Shown: positions 26,521 to 33,674 of the stretch, one piece after another
Layout: every line of letters begins with the position of its first letter
Position numbering within the stretch: the stretch's first letter is position 1
DNA from: Nitrospiraceae bacterium
GTDB lineage: Bacteria; Nitrospirota; Thermodesulfovibrionia; UBA6902
NCBI GenBank assembly: GCA_020346765.1
Contig: CP070788.1
Coordinates: 2,165,488-2,214,053, forward strand
Direction: 5' to 3'
Length of the DNA: 48,566 nt
Position numbers and translations under genes: made by a program
The notes under the pieces: generated by a model
The model's database searches: none
Told to the model about the DNA's origin: nothing
The model's input: the letters and a program-made list of their open reading frames with translations, nothing else

Positions 26521-26769
26521 GGCATCGCGCTTCCTGGCGGTGTGTGTCGTTGACAGAGAATCATGGTGATGAAACACAGAAGAGTCATATTGAGTGCTGA
26601 CATGTCATCGGGTGCTTCACGAAAAAAGAGAATACTAACAGCACGCATCTTTTTAATGAGTGAACATCGTGCATAATAATTGGGCACTCTCAGGCGATGA
26701 GGGTTTTACATGCAGAATCATGACGGACTGCCCGAATATGACGGGGGGCAGGAGGGTACTGCGTCAGTC

Positions 26770-27273
26770 CTACGCCTTATGTATTGTTTCCCCGAAGATG
26801 AACTGGCAGCAGCCGAGGTCAAGGATCCGGTTGTTGTCTTTGAACCGGGACTTGAGATTATCGGAGATGTGATAGATCCGGTGGACCCCGTCTTTTCTTT
26901 TTTTGAGAAGGCCGCTTGTCTCGAGGATTTTCAGGTGCTTTGATATGTTGTAGGGCTTGATGCCAAGAGAATCGGAAAGGTCCTGAACGGAAGACTCCTT
27001 CCTGAGCAGCTCGTGAATGATCTGGAGACGGTTTTCATCGGCAAGGGCCTTTAAGATGGTTGTCCAGTTCAGGTGGGCTTCAAGGTCTGAATTACCGTCG
27101 TGCCGTTCCATATATGTATGATAGAGCCTTGTCATACTGAAAATCAACCTCTCCGGACTGGCATTCTGATGGATGTGCAGCAGGGCCGGGGTGTTTCTTT
27201 CAAGGTCGCTTACGTGCAACTGCGGAGTTCCGGACTCTGCACTCCTTCTGAAAAGGGAAGTTGACGTGGGCAT
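26770..27273 (-). CDS. ArsR-family winged-helix transcriptional regulator (N-terminal extension and start uncertain)
   Basis: ILKALADENRLQIIHELLRKESSVQDLSDSLGIKPYNISKHLKILETSGLLKKRKDG is a canonical ArsR HTH. It is divergent from the GT2 operon. Confidence 0.7.
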   Translation of the reverse strand: MPTSTSLFRRSAESGTPQLHVSDLERNTPALLHIHQNASPERLIFSMTRLYHTYMERHDGNSDLEAHLNWTTILKALADENRLQIIHELLRKESSVQDLSDSLGIKPYNISKHLKILETSGLLKKRKDGVHRIYHISDNLKSRFKDNNRILDLGCCQFIFGETIHKA

Positions 27274-27315
27274 GAACGGTCCAGCACAGCATAATCACGC
27301 TATAAAAATTACTCA

Positions 27316-27345
27316 TTGTTTCTAAAAATAGTTGTATGGTATAAT
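27316..27345 (+). promoter_or_regulatory. Putative sigma-70 promoter of the GT2 / barrel / TPR / GT-C cluster
   Basis: TTGTTT (27316-27321), an 18-nt spacer and TATAAT (27340-27345). Confidence 0.5.
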
Positions 27346-27410
27346 GGCACGACAAAAAACCTGATTCACAGGGCTTCTGTTTTTTAATTAATTTATAAGG
27401 ATAAACCGGG

Positions 27411-28931
27411 ATGCTCCTCTATCTTTTTCTTGCGGTCTATTTTTTTATCCTCATCACGGTCTTTATTTACGCTTCTCACCGCTATTATATGGTCTATCTC
27501 TACTACAGGCACCAGAAGGACAGGCCGGTGCTCAAGGACAGGCTGACCCGGCTCCCCCGCGTGACGATCCAGCTTCCGGTCTATAATGAGATGTACGTGC
27601 TCAGGCGCCTCATATCAGCTGCCTGTGACGTTGATTATCCCCGGGAGCTTCTGGACATCCAGGTCCTTGACGATTCCACGGACGAGACGAAGGACCTTGC
27701 CCGGGACTGCGTGCAGGAATTCAGGGAAAAGGGGTTCGACATTCGGTATATCCACCGGGAAAAGAGGGAGGGGTTCAAGGGCGGCGCCCTGCAGAACGGC
27801 CTTGTCTCTGCAAAGGGGGAATTCATTGCGGTGTTCGATGCCGATTTTGTTCCCCAGAAGGACACCTTGCAAAAGACGGTCCACTTCTTTGCCGATCCCT
27901 CTGTGGGAATGGTTCAGACGCGCTGGTCCTACCTGAACCGTGACTATTCATTCCTCACGAAGATTCAGGCCATCATGCTTGACGGGCATTTTGTCATCGA
28001 ACATACGGCCAGAAACTGGTCAGGCCGGTTCTTCAATTTTAACGGGACTGCGGGGATATGGAGGAAGCAGGCAATAGAATCATCGGGAGGATGGCAGAAT
28101 GATACGCTTACCGAGGACCTGGACCTGAGCTACCGGTCCCAGCTCAAGGGCTGGAAGTTCATCTACCTGAAGGACGAACTCGCACCCTCGGAGATCCCTG
28201 TTGAGATAAACGGTTTCAAGAGCCAGCAGCACCGGTGGGCAAAGGGATCCATTCAGACGGCCAAGAAACTGCTGCCCCGGATTCTGAAGAGCGACCTCCC
28301 CCTGAAGGTCAAGGTGGAGGCATTCTTTCATCTCACCAATAACAGTTCATACCTGCTGATGCTCATCCTCTCCCTGCTGATCTATCCGTCCATGGTGGCG
28401 CGGATCAACATCGGGTGGTTTCAGATGCTTGTCACCGATGTCCCCTTTCTTCTCGTGGCCACGGTGGGGATATCCTTTTTCTATATCTGTTCACAGAGAG
28501 AGGCCTACCGGAACTGGAAATCGAGGATTATTTACCTGCCCACGCTCATGTCACTGGGCATCGGGCTGTCCGTGAACAACTCGAGGGCAGTGCTGGGGGC
28601 TCTCTTTAACCGGAGGACGGAATTCAAGCGCACTCCCAAGTACAGTATTAAAGGGAAAAAGGACCGTTGGCTCGGCAAGAAGTACCGGGGGGAGATCAAC
28701 GGAGTCGTTCTCATGGAACTCATGCTGGGGATCTACTTCACCTTTAATATCTATTTTGCCATTGTCAACAAGATCTACGTTTCCATCCCCTTTCTGATGA
28801 TGTTTCAGATGGGATATTTTTATGTTGCTTTTCTTTCGATTTTTCAAGTAGTATTGAGTGGCATTGCATCTAACAGGCTGACGCGCTTTATCTATTCGAA
28901 GAGAAACGCGGAAGACGTTATGGCAGCGTAA
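27411..28931 (+). CDS. Membrane-embedded processive family-2 glycosyltransferase (cellulose-synthase / CslA-like)
   Basis: An N-terminal TM helix is followed by the GT-A core: QLPVYNE, VLDDSTD, FDADF, TEDLDLS and the QxxRW motif (QQHRWAKG). Four to five C-terminal TM helices follow. Confidence 0.85.
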   Translation: MLLYLFLAVYFFILITVFIYASHRYYMVYLYYRHQKDRPVLKDRLTRLPRVTIQLPVYNEMYVLRRLISAACDVDYPRELLDIQVLDDSTDETKDLARDCVQEFREKGFDIRYIHREKREGFKGGALQNGLVSAKGEFIAVFDADFVPQKDTLQKTVHFFADPSVGMVQTRWSYLNRDYSFLTKIQAIMLDGHFVIEHTARNWSGRFFNFNGTAGIWRKQAIESSGGWQNDTLTEDLDLSYRSQLKGWKFIYLKDELAPSEIPVEINGFKSQQHRWAKGSIQTAKKLLPRILKSDLPLKVKVEAFFHLTNNSSYLLMLILSLLIYPSMVARINIGWFQMLVTDVPFLLVATVGISFFYICSQREAYRNWKSRIIYLPTLMSLGIGLSVNNSRAVLGALFNRRTEFKRTPKYSIKGKKDRWLGKKYRGEINGVVLMELMLGIYFTFNIYFAIVNKIYVSIPFLMMFQMGYFYVAFLSIFQVVLSGIASNRLTRFIYSKRNAEDVMAA

Positions 28932-28989
28932 AAAAAGGGCTGGTGCAGATTATTTAAATCATAAAACGCCGATGAAAAGGAGTCATACC

Positions 28990-29970
28990 ATGGGAAAAAA
29001 GATGGCCGTCGTTTTTGTCGCAGCAGCAGTTTGCTTGTTTGCCGCAGGCAATGCCTTTGCCGCATGGACCCAGGCCAAGGGGCACTCATACAACCAGCTG
29101 ACCCTGAGCTATTATAATAATTCTAATAAGTTCACGACCATTGAGAAGAATTCCGACGGGGATGTGGTGCGCACCGATGCCAAAGCATTCAAAAACGAGG
29201 AAGAGGAGTTCAGCTCCACCAAGGTTACCTACTACGGTGAGTATGGTCTCATGGATGACCTCACAGCCATATTCTCAGGCGGCTGGGACTATGTACGTTC
29301 CAACGATATCCTTTTTCATACTGAAGATAAAGACTCTGTCAGCGGCGTGGGGGACATTATCGTGGGTCTACGGCAGAAGATCAGCAACAACATCGGTGCC
29401 GGCATTCTCATGTCCGTCCAGGCTGACGTTAAGATTCCCGAGGCCTATGAGTATGAAAACCCCATTGATCACCAGAACCTGGGTGACGGCCAGTACGACA
29501 CGACTGTGAAGCTCGTTTTTGGCAGGGGGTTCAGCAAGGGATACACCGTATTCAGTGCAGGCTACAAGTATCGTTTTGAAAATAACGAGCTGGGTGATCT
29601 GAACTTCAAGCCTTCAGACCAGTTTCTGGTATCTTTGAGCGGCGGCTATAATGCAACCCCCTGGCTTTCAATCAGGGGACAGATCGACTGGAACAGGGCG
29701 GTGGGCAACGCCGAGGTTTCGGACGAACTCGTCACCTATGCATACTGCTGCGGCGTAAGCAGGGATTACGGGGAAGCGGTCGTGATTCTCGACACGCTGG
29801 GGCTTGAGCAGAGTGCCCTGAGCGCAGGGGTTGCCCTTGCCTTTACGATATCGCCGAATATGCAGACCGTTATATCTTACAATACTGACCTGACGGGATT
29901 CGGCCCATTCAGGACCGAAAATGCGGCCTGGGGCCAGACCTACAGCATTGCCTTTGTGTATATGCATTAA
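28990..29970 (+). CDS. Putative outer-membrane beta-barrel protein (secreted)
   Basis: The preferred start is the ATG at 28990, preceded by AAAGGAG. The signal peptide is MGKKMAVVFVAAAVCLFAAGNAFA/AW. Amphipathic strands with aromatic girdles alternate along the protein, and the C-terminus is ..YSIAFVYMH. Confidence 0.55.
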   Translation: MGKKMAVVFVAAAVCLFAAGNAFAAWTQAKGHSYNQLTLSYYNNSNKFTTIEKNSDGDVVRTDAKAFKNEEEEFSSTKVTYYGEYGLMDDLTAIFSGGWDYVRSNDILFHTEDKDSVSGVGDIIVGLRQKISNNIGAGILMSVQADVKIPEAYEYENPIDHQNLGDGQYDTTVKLVFGRGFSKGYTVFSAGYKYRFENNELGDLNFKPSDQFLVSLSGGYNATPWLSIRGQIDWNRAVGNAEVSDELVTYAYCCGVSRDYGEAVVILDTLGLEQSALSAGVALAFTISPNMQTVISYNTDLTGFGPFRTENAAWGQTYSIAFVYMH

Positions 29971-29987
29971 TAATCCTGCGGAACCAT

Positions 29988-30033
29988 AAGGTGCTTTTTC
30001 GCCGGCTTTCCGGGAGAAGGCACCTTTTTCTTT
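29988..30033 (+). terminator. Putative intrinsic terminator or attenuator after the barrel gene
   Basis: The outer stem is AAGGTGC (29988-94) paired with GCACCTT (30020-26). It encloses an inner CCGG-CTTT-CCGG hairpin and is followed by TTTTTCTTT. The 3' arm region GGAGAAGGCACC equals the terminal repeat of the 130-nt element family. Confidence 0.5.
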
Positions 30034-30074
30034 GTATGCACGATGAAGGGTAAAAAAAAAGCCTGCTCCTGCTT

Positions 30075-30656
30075 TTGTCCGCCGCCTTCCTGATTGTACT
30101 GTCTCTCTATACCTTCAAGAACCGCTATACCCTGCTGGCAGTCTTCTATCAGACACTGGGTTCCCAGCAGCAGGCCATTGAAGAATTTACCCGGGCAGCA
30201 GAGCATGATCCGGGCAATGCCTATGCCCTGTATCAACTGGGCCTTCTCCACAAGGAGCGGGGTGACATTAAAAGGGCGGAATCAGTCTACAGGAAACTGC
30301 TCAGCATCTTTCCGGAGCATCCCTTTGCCAGCTATGACCTGGGGTACCTGTACCGGGAGAAGGGAGAGTACGGCAAGGCCATTGAACAGTACCGGAAGGC
30401 CCTGGAACTGGACAGCGAAAATGTGCACGTGCATTATGACCTGGGGTTTATCTACAAAGCCCAGGGGCGCTATGATGAGGCGCTCGTTGAGTATGAGAGG
30501 GTCCTTGCTGCTGATCCTGGTCACCAATATGCCCTGTGGGACATGGCCGATGTCTATGAGCAGATGGGTCAGAAAGACAGGGCGGAAGAGCAGCGTAAAC
30601 ACTATCATGAAATGACGGACTGCAGCTTCAGGAGATTCTGGAACTGCCTGGATTGA
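30075..30656 (+). CDS. TPR-repeat protein (about 4 TPR units); the N-terminus is probably supplied from the ATG at 30043 via the A9 tract
   Basis: The repeats are A..Y..LG..Y...G.Y..A...Y.KAL.LDP (NAYALYQLGLLHKERGD.., PFASYDLGYLYREKGEYGKAIEQYRKALELDSEN, HVHYDLGFIYKAQGRYDEALVEYERVLAADPGH). The track start is a TTG with no SD. Confidence 0.8.
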   Translation: MSAAFLIVLSLYTFKNRYTLLAVFYQTLGSQQQAIEEFTRAAEHDPGNAYALYQLGLLHKERGDIKRAESVYRKLLSIFPEHPFASYDLGYLYREKGEYGKAIEQYRKALELDSENVHVHYDLGFIYKAQGRYDEALVEYERVLAADPGHQYALWDMADVYEQMGQKDRAEEQRKHYHEMTDCSFRRFWNCLD

Positions 30657-32669
30657 TTGGAAATCGCGGCATTCATATCGATAAACGTCCTCCTTTTTTC
30701 CTCCTGGTACGGGGTGCTCCGCGGCCTGAGAGACCTGCTCCTTTTTCCTGACAGGCTTATTGCCATGTTTGTGCTTGGCCTTGTCCAGATCATCGCCACG
30801 GAAATGGTGCTGGGCGTGGTCTTTCAGAAACTTTTCCCGAGGCCCCTCTTCATCGTCAATGCGGTCATATCGCTGCTTCTAATTGCGGGAGCGGTCTCAA
30901 AGGGATACCTGCGGGGGGCCTTCGCAGAGATCGGTGAAGAAAGCGCGCGTATGGTCAAGGCCGTCAGGGGCGACAAAATCCTGTGCTCCCTTGCGGCGCT
31001 TTTCTTCATGTCCCTTCTGTGGATGGCCGTCCAGGGCTATCTCTTTCCCTCCTATGCCTGGGATGCCCTTTATTATCATCTTCCCATGGTGGGGCAGATA
31101 ATCCAGAGTGGTGCCATCAGGGAAAATCTGTCACCGTCATTTATCCAGCAATACATGAATATCTTTCCGCAGAACGTGGACCTCTTTTTCCTCTGGAACA
31201 TCATTTTTCTGAAGAGCGATGTCCTTGTTGACCTGAGCCAGCTTGTCTTTACCCTGGCCGGCGTCATCTCTGTCTACAGTATGTCCGTCAAGGCAGGGAT
31301 AGGAGAAAAATACTCGCTTTTCGGAGCGCTCCTTTTTTTCTTTACCCCCGTGCTTATCCTCCAGTCAACAACAAACTATGTTGACGCTGCCGTGTCCATG
31401 CTGTTCCTCATTGCGGTGAATTTTCTCCTCTATGACAGCCAGGGTAGTGCAGCAGTGCTCAGGGAACGCGGCAAAACTGCCGGAGACACAAAGGTCCCTC
31501 TGGTGCTCTCAGGACTGGCCGCTGGGGTCCTCATGGGGTCAAAGCCAACAGGCCCCCTGTTTCCCGCTGTTATGGTCCTGTTCATTGTTCTTCAGAAGGG
31601 GATGGAGCGGTTCATGCCTGCAGCGGGCCTGACAGACAGCAGAGGGGGATACCCCGTGAAGAGGTTTAAAGACTCTCTGCTTTATTTCATCCTTCCGGCC
31701 GCGGCTGCAGGGGGATACTGGTACGTAAAGAACTGGGTGCTCCATGGCAATCCTGTCTATTACATGGAGGTCTCCCTCTTTGGAATACCAGTTTTCACAG
31801 GGCTGAAGAGCAACTGGGTCGAGCCGCCGCCCCCTGTCATTGAGGGCCTGAATTATTTCGCCGCGCTGCTCCGTGTCTGGTCAGAGCGTGTTCAGTATTA
31901 TATGTATGATTCCCGGATGAGTGGCTTCGGCCCCCTCTGGTTCATTCTCTTCCTTTCAGCGTTTTTCTTTGCCGTTCCCAGCGCCGTAAAGCGGAAGAAC
32001 GGGGCCTTCCTTTCCGTCCTGTTCATCCTGGGTGTTGCCTTTCTGCTGCACCCCCGGAACTGGACAACACGGTACGTTATTTTTATTGTTGCTGCCGGAG
32101 CCCTGTCGTTTGGCATGCTGATGGACTCCTTCCGGAGGCAGGAGCAGGTGCTCGAGGGATGCGCCCTTGCCCTTGCAGCGTACACCGCTTTTACGGCGAA
32201 CTCTCCCTGCATTATGCCGTCAAAGGCGGCTGAGTTTCTGAGGCTCCCGGCGGAGGAGCGGACCCTGACGTCGCTCAAACCCGTTAATATCGACGAGAAG
32301 GTGCGGGGTGAATACGGGCACTGGATGTGGATCGAGCGGAATGTCAAACAAGGGGAGACCCTCGTGCATACCTTTGTAGACGCAACACTGGACACGACAC
32401 GTCCCTTTTTCCTTGCCCCTTACTGGAACAGGGGATATTCAAACCGGGTGCTCTATGTGTCGGCCGACACGTATGCGGAATGGCTGGAAGCGCTGAGACA
32501 GGCCGGGGCGACTTATGTGCTGGTCAGGAAAAACTCAAAAGAGGATGGCTGGATTGAAAAGGAGCGAAAGCTTTTTTATTCCCTCCGCTGGGCAGGCCCT
32601 GTGACGGAGAAGTTCAGGATCCTTTATGAGGATAAACAATACAGAGTATCGGACTTTTCAGGTAACTGA
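30657..32669 (+). CDS. Polytopic membrane protein, putative GT-C-fold glycosyltransferase (ArnT/PMT-like) with a C-terminal soluble domain
   Basis: The 670-aa protein has about 12 predicted TM helices. The first-loop acidic/aromatic motif YAWDALYYHLP resembles GT-C enzymes. The TTG start directly follows the TPR stop in the same frame. The family assignment is tentative. Confidence 0.5.
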   Translation: MEIAAFISINVLLFSSWYGVLRGLRDLLLFPDRLIAMFVLGLVQIIATEMVLGVVFQKLFPRPLFIVNAVISLLLIAGAVSKGYLRGAFAEIGEESARMVKAVRGDKILCSLAALFFMSLLWMAVQGYLFPSYAWDALYYHLPMVGQIIQSGAIRENLSPSFIQQYMNIFPQNVDLFFLWNIIFLKSDVLVDLSQLVFTLAGVISVYSMSVKAGIGEKYSLFGALLFFFTPVLILQSTTNYVDAAVSMLFLIAVNFLLYDSQGSAAVLRERGKTAGDTKVPLVLSGLAAGVLMGSKPTGPLFPAVMVLFIVLQKGMERFMPAAGLTDSRGGYPVKRFKDSLLYFILPAAAAGGYWYVKNWVLHGNPVYYMEVSLFGIPVFTGLKSNWVEPPPPVIEGLNYFAALLRVWSERVQYYMYDSRMSGFGPLWFILFLSAFFFAVPSAVKRKNGAFLSVLFILGVAFLLHPRNWTTRYVIFIVAAGALSFGMLMDSFRRQEQVLEGCALALAAYTAFTANSPCIMPSKAAEFLRLPAEERTLTSLKPVNIDEKVRGEYGHWMWIERNVKQGETLVHTFVDATLDTTRPFFLAPYWNRGYSNRVLYVSADTYAEWLEALRQAGATYVLVRKNSKEDGWIEKERKLFYSLRWAGPVTEKFRILYEDKQYRVSDFSGN

Positions 32670-32694
32670 TGAATGATACCGTGCAAAATTTATT

Positions 32695-32826
32695 AGAGAG
32701 AAGGCACCAGCATGTTCACTCATTCTCGACGAACATCCTGTTCGTCTCCGAGGTATTTTTTCGACAAAACATCCTGTTTTGTCTTGCTGAAAAAATAAAC
32801 CCGTTCACATACCGGTGCCTTCTCTC
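32695..32826. repeat. ~130-nt structured palindromic repeat, copy A
   Basis: The terminal inverted repeats are GAGAAGGCACCAG and CCGGTGCCTTCTC. The internal twin hairpins are GACGAAC-ATCCT-GTTCGTC and GACAAAAC-ATCCT-GTTTTGTC. It is nearly identical to copies at 33232 and 42503. Confidence 0.8.
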
Positions 32827-32998
32827 AATATTGATAAGTAAGTCAGATATAGGGAGAGCTATAACAGTCTGTCATGGTGAGCTTGTCGAACCATGGCTTT
32901 TGACTCATCCTTCGACTTGATTAGGGTAACAGTTTTAGAGGATGTGACCAGGTTATCGCTAAATTTGGGTATAAGCCAGATTCGTGGAGAGGGAAACT

Positions 32999-33160
32999 AT
33001 GAGTAATGAACGGAGACAGGACCACGCATTCGTTCTTTACATGGCTGTGGTGCTGATACTGGCCATTGTCTATTTCGCGGTCCCGGAGAGAAGCGACTTC
33101 ATTGAGTTTCAGCGCCGGTGGTGGGGAGAAATCTGGCCTCTGCTGATCCCTGCTTCCTGA
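32999..33160 (+). CDS. Hypothetical 53-aa single-TM protein (below the ORF-track cutoff)
   Basis: The sequence is MSNERRQDHAFVLYMAVVLILAIVYFAVPERSDFIEFQRRWWGEIWPLLIPAS. A GGAGAGGG SD lies 5 nt upstream. There is a clean TM helix and a Trp-rich tail. It is bracketed by repeat copies A and B. Confidence 0.4.
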   Translation: MSNERRQDHAFVLYMAVVLILAIVYFAVPERSDFIEFQRRWWGEIWPLLIPAS

Positions 33161-33231
33161 AGAGCTTTTTGCTGTCAGGCAATACAGGGATCTGACGGCT
33201 TCTTGAAATATTTCATCAGAATTCATGATTT

Positions 33232-33359
33232 GGAGAAGGCACCAGCATGTTCATTCATTCTCGCCGAACATCCTGTTCGTCTCCGAGGAATTTTTTCGAC
33301 AAAACTTCCTGTTTTGTCTCATGAAAAAATAAATCCGTTCTCATGCTGTTCCCTTCTCT
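33232..33359. repeat. ~130-nt structured palindromic repeat, copy B
   Basis: It has the same architecture as copy A. The terminal stem is GAGAAGGCACCAGCATG paired with CATGCTGTTCCCTTCTC. The hairpin loops are ATCCT and TTCCT. Confidence 0.8.
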
Positions 33360-33674
33360 TATCATTCACGCTTGTGACTTGACCGAATTAAATCCTGGCT
33401 CCAAATTCATAGCTTGATATCAGAGGTGTTGCGGTCAGATCCTTTACCGGCATTCCCTGCCTTCCGTGCAGTCATAGGAATGAAGTACGCCATAAATTGC
33501 CAGGGCCTGTTCTGGAGACGGTTTCCTGATATACTGAAGGCAGAGGGTTTGCAACAGTGCCGGGTTGACCATAGATCCATCAGTTTATCAAATAACACAA
33601 TGAGCGCGTTGACTTTACCGACCCGTACTTGATAAGGTAACTCACTGAAGGAAAGGGAGTTTACAATTACCACC

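Noticed and set aside
32921-33226. 101-aa minus-strand ORF between repeat copies A and B
   Set aside because: The translation is low-complexity and there is no SD. The opposite-strand 53-codon ORF has better coding features.
33360-33674. Possible cobalamin riboswitch in the 315-nt leader of the B12-radical SAM gene
   Set aside because: I looked for the GGGAA..GGUG..AAUCC core and the AGCCxGAAGACCUGCC B12 box. Only loose fragments are present (GGUG..AGAUCC, GCCAGGGCCUG). An Infernal scan with RF00174 would settle it.
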